DNA of 64,000 nucleotides, from NCBI GenBank assembly GCA_051294375.1, contig CM119268.1:6734676-6798675 (forward strand), in the 5' to 3' direction. The notes below the pieces were generated by a model, which had not been told where the DNA came from, ran no database searches, and saw nothing but the letters and a program-made list of their open reading frames with translations. Of the stretch, positions 50,230 to 64,000 are shown one piece after another (position 1 is the first letter of the stretch; each line of letters begins with the position of its first letter). A program made the position numbers and the translations under genes. The DNA is from Paraspadella gotoi. Taxonomy: Eukaryota; Animalia; Chaetognatha.

Positions 50230-50945
50230 ACTACACCATCACTTCTTTATCCGTTCTTCTCCTTCCTTTTTCCCAAAACCCCCTCCCCACGTGGTATTGT
50301 CTTTAATATTAGAGCAAGACGTCATCCCGGGTTCTTCGTTGCTCTCCGTCCGCCTCGTACAGAGGTCGCGGCCGAGGTGAGCATCACAGTTTGCACTTTG
50401 GCCACTCATATCAGTGGCCCGACACCGACCCCAATGGCCCGGAATGGAGGTCCGCCTGCCAGCATCACACGGGAGTTTCATCGGGAAGCGCGCAAGTGCG
50501 GGACCGGACCGGACTTCACCACTTATGGCCCTCGTTGCGCGTCAGGACGCGTGGTGCCCTGATCCCCGAAATAGATATTGAGGAAGCCTGCCCCTCCTAT
50601 CCCCTCGCCTGGTCTCTCGTTTCGTCTCTTTCATCTTCGTCCGCCCCATGTCTCCAGCTCGTGACGGGCATGCTGCTACATGACGGTTCCTCTACAGGAC
50701 TCCCTTGCCCACAATAGGACTCTTCATTTCCACTCTCATCAGTCTCTCGTCTCTCTCCGTCTACGACGTGTGAAACTTTACCGAAAGTCATCCGATCTGC
50801 GTCTAAGCGGTACAGCCACCTCTTCACCCTGTGAATCGAAACTGAAGTCGTCTACAATCTCACCTTTAATTCTTTCCAGCCGATCGTTCACCGCCGTTCA
50901 CTCCTTCGGTCCTCGCAACTCCAAGATGTTCGCTCGCGCGTGAAA
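50230..50945. other. GC-richer ~700-bp island with broken reading frames; possible decayed transposon or pseudogene fragment
   Basis: Sharp compositional shift versus flanks, only short ORFs in all frames, no recognisable domain. Confidence 0.3.
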
Positions 50946-53399
50946 AACGTCAATTCACGGCCCCCCGGGTATTTTAATTTAATATTCATCTCCGAGATGT
51001 CTACTCATTCTTTCAAAATTGTCTTTTCAAAAAAAACCGTCGGGCGCGCCTTTCAAGAAACTTGACTTTGAAGAAATCAATCAATAGCTTGATTCATTCA
51101 TTCATTCATCGCTTCGTGTGGCGGTGATTCATATTTTGATTATGAACAAATGAAAATAAACTATTCTCCTTGAAATAAAAAAAAGTGTTGTTGTTGTTGT
51201 CGTCGTCGTTTTCGTCAGCCTTCGCCATCTGCCTCCGGATTCGCGTGGCTTCGCTCTCCGTCATCCGGGACATTTCGCTCACATAAAAGAAATAAAAGAA
51301 ATAAAAATCTATTAATTTATTTATATTTTACGAGGAGATAGGAATTAAGAATCGCAGAGAGAGAAAGAGAGAAAGAGAGAGACAGAGAGCGAGAGAGAGA
51401 AAAATCAACAAGAAAGTGAAGTGAATTTGTTTTTTTGTGTGAAAGAGTCAAAGAGAGAAAAATGAGCAAAAAAATATTCTTCAATGAAAATCGGAACAGA
51501 TCTTAATTTTACTTTTTTTTNNNNNNNNNNNNNNNNNNNNNNNNNNNNNNNNNNNNNNNNNNNNNNNNNNNNNNNNNNNNNNNNNNNNNNNNNNNNNNNN
51601 NNNNNNNNNNNNNNNNNNNNNNNNNNNNNNNNNNNNNNNNNNNNNNNNNNNNNNNNNNNNNNNNNNNNNNNNNNNNNNNNNNNNNNNNNNNNNNNNNNNN
51701 NNNNNNNNNNNNNNNNNNNNNNNNNNNNNNNNNNNNNNNNNNNNNNNNNNNNNNNNNNNNNNNNNNNNNNNNNNNNNNNNNNNNNNNNNNNNNNNNNNNN
51801 NNNNNNNNAAAACAAAAAGTGAAAAATTTAGATTTAAACTCACATCTTTTTAAACTTTTTATTTTTTTTATTTTTTAGAGAAAGCAGTTTTACTGTAGGC
51901 GTGAAAGAAAAAACAGCTGTTTTTGTTTTGCGTAACGCGGCTTCCTCCTTCCAGAAAGTAAAATGTTACGTTTTATGTCATCTGAGTCGTCGTCGTCGTC
52001 GTCGTCGTCGTCATCTTCTTTCTTCCAGTTGTTTCATATCGAAATAACATCTTACATTTCACTGAAGCACTTGGCGTAAAAAAATGTTAAATAAGTTGAG
52101 TGAAAAAGAGTTTATGTTTACGAGTTTATGAAATGAAGCTCGAAGACAAGAAATGAAATGAAATGAAAAGAAGCTCGAAGATAAGAAATCATAACTAAAA
52201 TATTTAGTAAAAGCTAAAATTATTTTTTTTATTAAAATACTATATAGTAAGGCACTTTCGCTCTGGCGGAAATAAACTATTTAAATTTTTAACAACTTGA
52301 TGCCAGTTTCCCTAGCAACCGTCACAATCAACCCATTAAATTTATCTCCGCCGGAAAAAGGCAAAAACTGAATTTTTATTTTCACTTTTTTTTTTCTTAT
52401 TTTTATTTCCGAGTCCAACGGGTTTTTAGTTTTACGATTTCGACTCAAAAGATTTGAATCTTTTTTATTCATCTTTTTATTTTGCCCAGTGGCCATGTTT
52501 TTTAAGCCTCGGCCTAAGTTTTTACGGTTCCATATTTTTTGTTCTTTATCTTTTTTTTTTTGGCAATGAAACGATGCCAAAGAGGAAAGGAAATAAAACT
52601 ATCGAAGTCCATAAGAAAACAAGATTGCAAAGTACGAAAAGTTCAATTTACAACTTTCAAATTACGCAATTTACATTTCTTACTACATTTTAACAAATCC
52701 CAACAAGCTGATTTGTATCTTACATTGGATAGTAATGGATAACTTAATGAACAAACTTACCTAACCATATTTAGAAGCTCAAAAGCGGCCAAGAAACCTC
52801 ACCGAGCATATGCAGTGAAATACTAAATCCTGCTAAACTCGATGCTCTTTTTTTTTCTTCTCATCTTTTCTCTCGGAACGTAATTGTCATTTTTAAGCCG
52901 AAATCTTAGTACAAAAAGTAAACAAAGAAAATCTCTCTCTACTTCTGCTTCTCCGCTACTTTTATATTTCCCCTCCAAAACTTTCGTCTCTCTCTTCTCA
53001 CGTCGCAAACTAATAAAAAAAAAAAAAAGAGCGAGAGCTCGAATCTCCGGCCACCCTAGGACCAAATAATTATTTAGGGAAGGAAAATTAACTAAAATCC
53101 CAACCGAGAAATTCGAGTTTGGGGCTAGCCATTTTTTTTTCCCTTTTTCCTTTGAGGAGATAGCGGCTAACTCATTCCTGTAAACGTTTTCATTCGTCAG
53201 TTGAATTGCTTTTGATTGGTTGAAAGTTTAGCATAATTTTACCCGGAGCAATGATCGTCTATCTTATTGTACTAGGTAATTAAGGATTCTTCTCTCCTTA
53301 TTTAATCTTATTTATTCAGTTTGAACGATAAGTTTTGTTTTTTTTTTTGCTTGTCGTTTTTTTTTAGAAGATAACAATTTAATTTTGTTCGCGGCTGTT

Positions 53400-55833
53400 A
53401 ATAGAATCTAAAATGAGAGAAAAGAGAGAGAGCAGAGAGAAGTAGAAGTGAAGAGAGAGAGAAAGAGAGAGAGAGACAGAAGATAGAGAGAGAGAGAGCA
53501 GAGATGAGGAGCAGAGAGCAGAGAGAGGAGAGAAGAAGAGAGAGAGAAAGAAGGTAAAAGAGAGAGAGAGAGAGAGAGCAGAGAGAGACAGAGCGACAAA
53601 GAAAGATGACGAGAGAAGCACAAGATACATGAAGAGACTACGAGAAGGGAGAGGAAGGAGAGAGAAGAAGAGAGAGAGAGAACTGGAGAGAGAGAGAGAA
53701 GAGACAGAGAAGAGAGAGAGGACAGAGAAGAGACAGAGAGACAGAACAATAAATAAGAGAAAGGGCAACAAATAAAAAAAAAAATAAAAGAAAGAACACA
53801 TTTAAAGTAGGAGAATCAAACGATCGTTCTCACTCAAACACCGAGTTAATTTCTGCTCCGAATTTCAAGAGTCGAGACTATCTACTCTCCCCCCTATCCT
53901 CCCCCCTCTCAAAAGCGCGGGGAATTCCCGAGCTCTCACTTCTTTTGTTTAAGAGTTAAAAGAGTAAAGAAAAAAAAGATCCGTCGGGGCCGTCGATACA
54001 CCGGGAGAAAAGCGGGAACCCCTTTTTTCGATCCTGCGCTCTCGTTCGTGATCGTCCGTTCTGTTTCAGTGTCCACTGATCGTCGTCGAAAGGAAATCAC
54101 CTCGATTGGAACCGGTTCCACTCTGTCTCCATCCTGGTTCCAGTCTAGTTCCATTGGCAGGGTCAAAGGATAGACCGCTAGTTTTACGCATCACGAATTA
54201 TCGAGTCCGTCGAGGTGAAAGTCAAATTTAATTTAAATGGGACGAGAAAAAAAAAAGTACACGGGAGAGATTCGTCTTTGAAAATTCTCGTATGTTCTCC
54301 TGCGGCGTAAAAATTATCCTGGACGGGAGGAGAAGATTAATGTGGGATCAGTAAAGTTCTACCTATATTTGTATTAAAGTGCTTGAACTGATCTCGATAC
54401 TCGATTTTCGTATTAAGACTGATTTTTGCTTGGGGCAAAGAGTCAATCTTTAGTCGGAGTAGTCTTTATTCTGCTATTGACTCTCTGAGAGAGGAAATCC
54501 CGATTTAAGAGCGATAATTGCACTTTTAAAAAAACGGAAAAAAGAGAGGAGAGCACAGACGAGGANNNNNNNNNNNNNNNNNNNNNNNNNAGAAGAGGAA
54601 AGAAGGCACCTGAGTGAGAAGAGAGAGAGAGAGAGAGACAAAGATAGAATCAGAGAGACAAAGATACGGAGACGATGCGAGGAGGCGAGAGGAATGACAG
54701 AGCAAGGAAGAAAAGATTAGAGGAGAGAGAGAGGATGATGAGAGAGAAGAGAGACGAGACTTGAGAGAGACCAAAGAAAGAGAGGAATGAAAAGGAAAGA
54801 TAGGAAGAGCAGAGGAAAATGAGGACGAGAGAGATGAAAAGAAAAGAGAAGAGCAAGAACGGGAGGAGAAGAGAGACGAGACGCGAGCGAAGAGAGACAA
54901 AGATAGACGAGAAGAGAGCAGCCAACGATCCGAACAACATGGATAGAGAGCAGACCGACGAAGGGAAGAGGAAGGAGAGAGAAAGAAGAGAGAGACGAGA
55001 GAGATGGAGAAGAGAGAGAGAGAGAAGAGACAGAGAAGAGAGAGAGGACAGAGAAAGAGACAGATGAGGACAAGAACAGATTAAAAAGAGAAAGGGCAAC
55101 CAAATAAAAAAAAAAAAAAATAAAAGATAAGAAACATTTAAATTTAAAGTAGGAGAATCATCGATCGTTCTCCTCAAACCGAGTTTAATTTCTGCTCCGA
55201 TTCATTCAAGAGTCGAGACTTCTCATCTCTCCCCCCTTTCCTCCCCCCTCAAAAAAAGCCGGTAAAAATCGAGTCTCACGTTTTTTTAAAAGTTAAAAGA
55301 GAAAAGAAAAAAAGATCCGGGCGTCGATTACGAGAAAAGGGGAATCCCCCCTTTTTTTTTTCGATCCCTGGCTTCGTCGTGATCGTCGTTCTTTCGTCGT
55401 CGTGATCGTCGTCGAAGGGAAATCACCTGATTGGACCCGGGTTCCACTCTGTCTCCATCCTGGTTCCATCCTGGTTCCATTGGCGGGTCAAAGGATCGAC
55501 CGGCGTTTTACGCATCACGAATTCTCGGCGTCGAGGGAATCAAATTTAATTAAATGGGACGAGAGAAAAAAAAAAGAGGGAGAGATTCGTTTTGAAATTT
55601 ATATCGTCTCTTTTCGTCGTAAATTATCTGGACGGGAGAAAGATTATTGGGATCAGAAAGTTCTACTATAATTTGTATTAAGTGTTGAGATTATACTCGA
55701 TATTGATATTAAGACTGATTTTTGTTGGGGAAAAGTCAATTCTTGTCGAGTAGTCTTTATCTGCATTGATCTCGAGAGAGGAAAATCCGATTTAAGAGCG
55801 ATAATTAACTTTTAAAAACGGAAAAAAAGAGAG

Positions 55834-55885
<52 letters not shown>

Positions 55886-55890
55886 AGGGA
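53400..55890. repeat. Apparent ~1.2-kb tandem duplication (about 53400-54565 / 54591-55830) across a 25-N gap with noisy (GA)n; probable assembly artefact
   Basis: 53760-54545 and 55085-55830 are collinear with dense indels; exactly 25 N at 54566-54590. Confidence 0.85.
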
Positions 55891-56519
55891 AATAGTAAGA
55901 GTCAATGGAACTCTGAAAACCACGCGCCCTTACCCGGATAAAGTCTCGCGTGAAGCGTGACAGTCTAACTCACCCGTTGATCCTCACCCGGATGCTGGTT
56001 GAGATTATCCAGGGGGTGAGTGGAGAGTCAGGAGTCCCAGTGGCCCTCATGCCCTTTCGCCGGTCCCGTGGGGCCTTTCTTTTTTTTAAAAGTTAAAACA
56101 AAAAAAGGGGAATCCCCGGTTTTTTTGGAACCGGCTCGTGAAGTAAAATAAATAAAACTTTGGATGAAAAATTAAATACGAGGATCGGAAGTAGAAGCCT
56201 CTCGGAAATTCAATTAAACTAAAATCGAGATAAAAATTGTAAAGAGGAAGAAAGAAAAAAAGGAAAATAAAGAAAAAAGAAAGAAAGAAAATTATCGATT
56301 TTGGCTCCTTTTTTTTTATTATTATGACTTTTTCTGTTTTTTTTTTCGGACGATACATCATCTCCTACTTGCAGCAACCGCGAGCACGCTAACTGGCTAT
56401 CATAGATAAAGGTAAGTGGATACGCGCGAATCATCCTTCCGCCAGCGCGGCTTCCGCACACCGGTCTGCATTTATTCTCTCTTCTCTCCTCTTCTCTCTT
56501 CTCTCTCTCTCTCTTCTCT

Positions 56520-56565
<46 letters not shown>

Positions 56566-57587
56566 TCCTTTTCCTTCTATCTCTTTTTCTGTTCCTCTCT
56601 CGCTCAGTAGGATAAAAAATGACAAATATCCTCCTCTCTCTCCTCTCCTCTCTCTCCTTAACTTCTTTTCTCTTCTCTCTCTTTTTTCTTTCTCTCTCGC
56701 TCAGTATATAAAAAATGACAAATATCCTATTAAAAAAGTTCACTGCATCAATTGGATTATCTGCAAGGTTAAAANNNNNNNNNNNNNNNNNNNNNNNNNN
56801 NNNNNNNNNNNNNNNNNNNNNNNNNNNNNNNNNNNNNNNNNNNNNNNNNNNNNNNNNNNNNNNNNNNNNNNNNNNNNNNNNNNNNNNNNNNNNNNNNNNN
56901 NNNNNNNNNNNNNNNNNNNNNNNNNNNNNNNNNNNNNNNNNNNNNNNNNNNNNNNNNNNNNNNNNNNNNNNNNNNNNNNNNNNNNNNNNNNNNNNNNNNN
57001 NNNNNNNNNNNNNNNNNNAAAAAAAAAAGATCTGGTTTGAAACGAAGTATGCCTTTCAGAAATAGCACATTTACGAAACACGACTATTCTCGGCTTAAAC
57101 ATTACGGCTTGGCAGGGTTCTCTGCGAAAACTTGTTTTTATTTATTAATATTAAGCCGACAGAGAGCTTTTATTTTTTTTTTTTTTGAACCAAACGCTCC
57201 CTAAGAACGAGATTAAGCATAAAACTGATTTCCTCGCCAAAATAAAAGTGTGTTTTAAACGAATAGTGAATTACGAACGGAAGGGAGGGACGTAGGGGGC
57301 GTAGCGAGGGGACGGGCTTTCCTTGGCCGGAATAGTTAAAAAAGAATGAAGTAAGAGGAAATAATGATATCCGTTGCGAATAGATGAGAGAGAGAGAGAG
57401 AGAGCAGAGAGAAGGAGAGAGAGAGAAAGAGCGGATGAGAGAGACATATTCATTTTCATTACTCGGAAATCCGCTAAAAACCGGACTAGTAATGCAGAAA
57501 AAAAATTAAGACGATGAGTTCAAAAAAAAGAGGAAAGAGAGAAAGATTTGAGAGAGGAGAGAGAGAAGCAAGAGAGAGAGATGAGAG

Positions 57588-57621
<34 letters not shown>

Positions 57622-57829
57622 AGGAGAGAAGAGAGAGAGAGGAGACGGGAGAGAAGAGAGAGAGAGAGAGAGACTAAGTATATTGGGAGGAGAGGGAGAG
57701 AGCCAAAAGGTTCTCCCCATTAATTCGTGATTAGAAACGCGACTTTAAAAATTTTGAAGGAATTTTTTCGTTTGCAAGAATCAATTTACGCGTGATATCT
57801 TTTTTTTTTTGGACCGAAAGATAAGAGGA

Positions 57830-58250
57830 AGAAGGAAATGAAATAATTGAGTATGGATATATGGAAAGGAAGGAAATGGGGAATGGGAAGGAATATGGGA
57901 AAGTGGGAATAACAAAGGGAGGGAAATGATGGAAGGGAAAGGAGGAATTTAGAGGTGGAGAATATAGATAATGGAAGAAAGGGGGAAGGAATAGAGGGGA
58001 GGAGGAAACGAAGGGGAGGGAAGAAATGGATAAAAGGGGAAAAGGGAATAAAAGGAAAAGAGGATTGAGGGAAGGAATGGATGAAGAGGAGAGATATATA
58101 TAGGGGAAGGGGAAGATGGTATAGAAGATAGAAAGAAGGAAAGAGGGGAATGAAGGAAATTTGAGGGAAATGGGAAGAAGAAAAGGAAATACTGGGGGGG
58201 GGGAACAAATTTAGAAATTAATGGGAAAGAAGAAAAAAAAGACTCAGAGA
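57830..58250. repeat. Purine-rich (GGAA/GGGAA) low-complexity tract
   Basis: Directly visible. Confidence 0.8.
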
Positions 58251-58676
58251 CGGGAGGGGAACGACAAACAGAATAAGTACAACTATATTTCACAGGACCG
58301 GAGAGGATACCGAAAATTTCGTGTCAGTGAGCAGGGAAGACACGGGAAGAACCCAAGGAAAAAAGAACGGGAGGGAACGGGACAAGAGAGACCTAAGGAT
58401 GAAATTATTAAATCTGATAAGCGTAAATATGATTATAGTATGAGGCGTATGTTAAAGATATTTAGGACCGGCGTTTTTAATTGTAACGTTTTTCTTGTTC
58501 TAACTCTCAGGTTTATCGTTAATATTAAGATGATAGTTTTCCACAGTCTTTGAAAAAAATTTGATAATCATCATTTCATTACGTATCATATTTTTGTTTT
58601 CATTTGTCGGCATTAAAGGACAAAGGAGGTATTTATAGTATGAAATTTGTGAAAGACAACCAAGTGATAAAAATTA

Positions 58677-58935
58677 TCATTCCTTTAATACAATAAGGCA
58701 ATCTTGCCCTAGACTAATTGGACAGGCTATGTTTGCGCTGGTTCTCTCGCTCCATCACTCTTTACAAGATACCATTGACATAGCAGGTCCCTGCACAGCA
58801 ATTTCATATCAAGCTCCTCTCACGAAGCCTCGGGATGGATTCTTTTCTAGTCTCGTTTATTCACTCCCAGAGTACCTGGCTTCCCTATCAATGAAGTGGT
58901 ATAATATTCTCACGAAGATGTTCTTCAATTGTATG

Positions 58936-59001
<66 letters not shown>

Positions 59002-59007
59002 AAAGAG

Positions 59008-59051
<44 letters not shown>

Positions 59052-59064
59052 AAAACAAAAAAAA

Positions 59065-59125
<61 letters not shown>
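58677..59125 (+). mobile_element. Interspersed repeat family A, copy 3, followed by ~190 nt poly(A) (retroposon-like)
   Basis: Homologous to 37549-37760; ends ...CAATTGTATG immediately before a near-pure A run at 58936-59125. Confidence 0.6.
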
Positions 59126-59128
<3 letters not shown>

Positions 59129-62100
59129 ACCACAGTATATGTAAATTATAATGAAAACCTCGCCTAGCACCTTGTGGTCGCGAACGGATACATATAATGG
59201 AAACCGCATATTATATTAGTATTATCATGAATATTTAAAAAAAGATTTTCTTCTTTACGTCATTTTTAAATTTCAGAAATTAATTTCTAATTTAAACTTC
59301 GCGATTTCATGACGAAGGAAGATTTCTAGGAACCGTTTGAAAGTATTAACTTTTCTCTCGAGAAGAAGAGAGAAAAAAGAGCAATTATGCCAATGATGGG
59401 ATTGAGATGGAAATTGGGTGGAAGATTCAATTTCAAAAGAGAAAGATAAGAAATCAAAATCAATATTTTTCGACGATAAGAAGAATAAACACATAACCAA
59501 GATGAAGTAAAGATAAGATAATAAGATTTTTTTTTTATAAAATATGACGCAATACAGAAAATGAAATGCCAAAAAAAAAAATGAACAAAGATGAGATCTT
59601 GAGTCGTCAGAAAGTTGAGAATGAGGAAACAAGTCGGAGCCGAATCGTCAGGTCGGGGCACGCATGGGACAAATCTGGCCGAGGACAATAAGATGATTTT
59701 CTCCCATCCGATCCGAGTCAAGAAATACATCGAAGGACAACGACGACCAAATCTCCCAAATCTTCGACACGAAAACCACCTTTCCATTTGGGGCCGAATG
59801 GAAACTGGTTCCCGCGTCCCTTACCCGATTCTTCGACCGTGACCAAAAAAAAAGAGGTAAGTTCGACTCGAGAACCGCCTCGCCTCTTCGGCCTCACCCA
59901 CCCTCTTTTTGCCCCTCGCTCGATTTCGGGTTTTGCCAAATGAGAAAATGAAGTTAAGACTAAGATAATCGGGGATAGCACGTGTCGTTAAATCGAAAGC
60001 TTCGGTATTGGCGGNNNNNNNNNNNNNNNNNNNNNNNNNNNNNNNNNNNNNNNNNNNNNNNNNNNNNNNNNNNNNNNNNNNNNNNNNNNNNNNNNNNNNN
60101 NNNNNNNNNNNNNNNNNNNNNNNNNNNNNNNNNNNNNNNNNNNNNNNNNNNNNNNNNNNNNNNNNNNNNNNNNNNNNNNNNNNNNNNNNNNNNNNNNNNN
60201 NNNNNNNNNNNNNNNNNNNNNNNNNNNNNNNNNNNNNNNNNNNNNNNNNNNNNNNNNNNNNNNNNNNNNNNNNNNNNNNNNNNNNNNNNNNNNNNNNNNN
60301 NNNNNNNNNNNNNNNNNNNNNNNNNNNNNNNNNNNNNNNNNNNNNNNNNNNNNNNNNNNNNNNNNNNNNNNNNNNNNNNNNNNNNNNNNNNNNNNNNNNN
60401 NNNNNNNNNNNNNNNNNNNNNNNNNNNNNNNNNNNNNNNNNNNNNNNNNNNNNNNAGAAACCAGTTTTTTAAATTGATAAATCATTTTCATCGCCGACTC
60501 ATCACTTCAAGACTCATAAAGGAATCACGACCAAACACCATGGTTGTTGTTGTCGTTGTTGTCGTTGTTGTTCGCCATGGACGCGAAAACAGGTGCCCCG
60601 TTAGTCACCATGACGACACGATGAGGATCGAGCGACCGTCGCGAAGTGACCACCGAGTGACCACTTAACGAGCCAGGCCGTCGAAACTTGACCCATCCTT
60701 GAGCACACANNNNNNNNNNNNNNNNNNNNNNNNNNNNNNNNNNNNNNNNNNNNNNNNNNNNNNNNNNNNNNNNNNNNNNNNNNNNNNNNNNNNNNNNNNN
60801 NNNNNNNNNNNNNNNNNNNNNNNNNNNNNNNNNNNNNNNNNNNNNNNNNNNNNNNNNNNNNNNNNNNNNNNNNNNNNNNAGCAAACAAACCGAAATGAAA
60901 GTCAAACCGAATCTGAATCGAGACTAAATCTAAATCAAACTAAATCTAAATCAAAGAGACGCGTCTTTGACTTTTTTATGGGAGACGAATTTTTTTTCTC
61001 AGACTTTTTTTTTCTTTTATCTTTTGTGTTCAGAGTCGTGAGCGTTTTCTCTTTCATCTCTGACTTTTTCAAAGGTCTTGCAGCCTTGCAGCATTGCAGT
61101 CTTGCATTTATTATCTGAACTTGAAACTTTTGGTTAAAATAGGTTATGAAAATCTATTTAGTTGGATTATTATAAAAATAATGAGAGGGAAAAAAGAAAG
61201 TGCACGATTTATTCAAAATAGAAATGACGTATAATTTTACAAGACAAAAAAGCATCACATAACATACTCTTCATACTATTCATGCTATCCAAACTACAAG
61301 AAGATGCAATAATGCATATGCAACAAACCAAAACATTTTTCTGTCGTTCTTAGACAAGCGGTTTTTAAATTGGTCGACACAAAGACTCACCGAGTAACTT
61401 GATTGGACGATAATCGATTAATTCGTCACGTGACTACATCGGGGTCAAAAGTCGGCGATCGAATAAAAAGAGAAGGGGGAAGAGGAAGAGGAGAAAGGGA
61501 CGTGGTGATTGAAATTGGATGAGGAGTGAGTACAGTTCACCACGCGACTCGAGACGACAACGACAACGACAACGACGCCGATGAAACAACAAACGAACCG
61601 AAAAACTAAAAACTGGTTTTCGCGCGTGATCGGCGAGTCATGGGCTGGATTATATGGGCACGATGATGACGACGACGAAGATCGGAAGGTTATGAGGGGA
61701 GATTAAACGGCGATGATGATGATGGCGAAGACGACAGGAACGACGATCGCGAAGTCACGGAGGGGGGGACAAAGGGGGGGGGGTTAACGAGAGAGAACCC
61801 GACGACGAAGACGACGAGGACCACAATGGCATCGCAACTGGCCAATGACAAGCAACTAGGGAACCAAATTAGGACATAATTAATGAGGTTGTGAGGTAAA
61901 TTGAATTAATTACATTAAATCCGACAAAAGAAAGAAGGGAATAGCGAAACAGCGAAACAGCGAAACAGNNNNNNNNNNAAAAAGAAAAAAAGAAAGAAAA
62001 CCAATGGAAAATGAAGCCTTGGAATTCAAAGTCACGAAAAGAAGAAAAGTTGAATCGATCCGAAGGTCACTCCGGGTCGCGGGTCAGGCCTCGAAACTTT

Positions 62101-64000
62101 TTGAAGTCGCCCGACGAAATTTGTCGGTCGGCCGACATCAGAAGACGTCGGGCAGCGAGGGAGAATCGAGTCCGCGCGTGACTCTTCATGAGGCGAAGCG
62201 GCGACGGTGAATCTGGTGAATCTGGTGATAATTAGGAGGAATCGTGACTCGTGAAGGATTTGAATGAAGTGATTCTGATGATTTTTTTTTATCTAATTAC
62301 GTTAAAAACGCTACTTTACAACATTAATTAATTGATCAAGCGGTAAACTAATCAAGTTAAAATAATATATTCATGAATTGATTTCTAATTGAGTTCGCGA
62401 ATTGTATTATTATGTATTATAATGGAATCTCCAGAACGAGGGAAGTTGGCGGCGGCCACAGTGGTCACAATGTGTCCTGTGTATGGAGGAACACGGAGTC
62501 AGATCAATAGGACGAAGAAATCACGATGGCGCTGCTCGTCGTCTCTTCAGAGGGCGCTTTCTGTAGACAGTCAAAGGTCAAAAGCTTTTTTTTTCGGACA
62601 GTCCGGTCTAACGAGAGGCGGACAAAGGCAGGGAGTCTTCTGTAGACGGTACGGTCAAAAGGGCGGACACAAGATCCGAAGAGGCGCTGAGGAAGGCGGC
62701 GCTGGATAATGAAGGGGACGGCGTGGATTGGCGGAGAGGGCGGTGACGCCGCGCCGGATGCGCGAGACGGAAAGACGACGACGACGACGACGACGACGAT
62801 GATGATGGCGAAAAATCATCTTTGGTGATTGACAAGAGCGAAAAAAACAGATGACGACGACGACGACGCCGACGACGATAGCGACGATCCAAAGTCTAGA
62901 CGGACTTTGGACAAGGTCGACCAAAAAAGGAAAGATTTTTCTCTTTAGAAAAAAAATAGAGAATAGCAACGGCGACGATGACAGCGACGATGAAGACGAC
63001 AACGACGAAAACGAAGACGAAAGATGAAGAGGAAGAAGGAGGAAAAAGGAGGAGGAGAAGATGATTCACGAAAAGAGGAAAATTTATGGTTTCTTTCACG
63101 GAAAATAAATTTTCACTTTCTGTGAATGCTGCTTGACTGTGACTTGACTGTGACTTGTCGTCGCCTGGAGAAAAATGATCACCTATCACTGACCATTGAT
63201 CAGTGTCCAGCTAGCAGGTGGTGTCTACGGTTTTTTTCATTGTTGTTGTTGTTTTCTTTTTCATTGTTATTGTTGCTATTTTTTAAAATATTATTATTAA
63301 TAAGTTTTCCCGCTCTTTTCCGACTGTGATTTTTTTTAAATTTAACTGCTTGTTACGACAACATATTTTATTATTATAATTTTTGTTATTATTATTATTA
63401 TTATTACGTTTTTGTTCTTTCATTATAACCGTTTTTGACGCTTTTGTCTCATTTGTTCTCTTTGTTATCTTTCCTANNNNNNNNNNCGTCCTCTCTCCCG
63501 TTCGCCGCTTCTGCTCGCGACGAATCATGATGGCGCCGGCGGCGATCGTCTTCGAGCTCAATATGTCCGTCGCGGCGCCGCGTCTGCATCACGAATCGCA
63601 GCGACGCACCATGGATTCGAGCTCAATAGGCCGCTCGCCTCTCGCCTCATAACGAGGGGATTTTCTATTGACGGCGCCCCGCTCGGTTCTTTTGTAACGT
63701 AGCACCGTGAAACAACTCAGCGTGAAAATGATAACGTTATGATTTCATTTTGATTGAATAATTTGTATCGCGATGAGAATTAAGTAGAAACCATCTAATC
63801 AGGGGGAAAAAGTATGATAGGCAAAACATTAATATCCGTTAATGTAACAGTGACTGTAATAATAAATTCGCAAAACCTAAAACTATGACGAAAATATAAT
63901 CGTTAAAACTCAGCGGATTTGACGAAATCATATTCAACTGACTAGCGACAACCTCAATGAGACAGCACAGGTGGAGATTGGGCGGAGCGAGTAAATGCTG

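Noticed and set aside
50239-50481. Gag zinc knuckle (GHWGRC)
   Set aside because: CX2CX4HX4C spacing is not met; no other retroelement motif.
53400-55830. Second tandem duplication with diverged GA-rich arms
   Set aside because: Same signature (25-N gap, indel noise, garbled (GA)n); likely artefact.
62000-63652. Protein-coding gene in the GC-richer patches at the window end
   Set aside because: Could not build a phase-consistent model or recognise a domain; the ORFs are dominated by (GAC)n repeats.
44300-64000. Numerous ERERER, LSLSLS, poly-K/F and X-filled ORFs; partial matches to conserved miRNA seeds
   Set aside because: Translations of microsatellites, homopolymers and N-gaps; miRNA-like matches were short and lacked hairpins.

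Overview
Intron-containing animal (invertebrate-type) genomic DNA from a gappy assembly, AT-rich with many (GA)n/(GAC)n microsatellites; not prokaryotic. By manual splicing I reconstruct seven protein-coding genes: intronless PTTG1IP (589-1167,+), HPS1 (1511-6047,+, 15 exons), an unrecognised 136-aa gene (7396-6290,-, 5 exons), an atypical beta/visual-type arrestin (9382-13502,+, 14 exons), gcm (17128-34000,+, 7-8 exons), a divergent synaptobrevin/VAMP-like R-SNARE (40934-38735,-, 3 exons) and, head-to-head with it, a TEPP/SPMIP8-like gene (41309-44221,+, 7 exons). 44.3-64 kb is gene-poor, repetitive and gapped. Main leads: (1) the arrestin has lost the polar core, the phosphoinositide KRK site and the clathrin/AP2 tail, and gained a ~235-aa N-terminal extension; (2) the VAMP-like protein has a degenerate C-terminal SNARE half and a long spacer, so it may be a decoy SNARE; (3) the orphan gene; (4) splicing oddities (3 GC-AG introns, many AAG acceptors, duplicated acceptor junctions and a possible recursive splice site in gcm). 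Two apparent ~1-1.4 kb tandem duplications flank exact 25-N gaps and are probably assembly artefacts. All family calls come from recalled motifs, not database searches.
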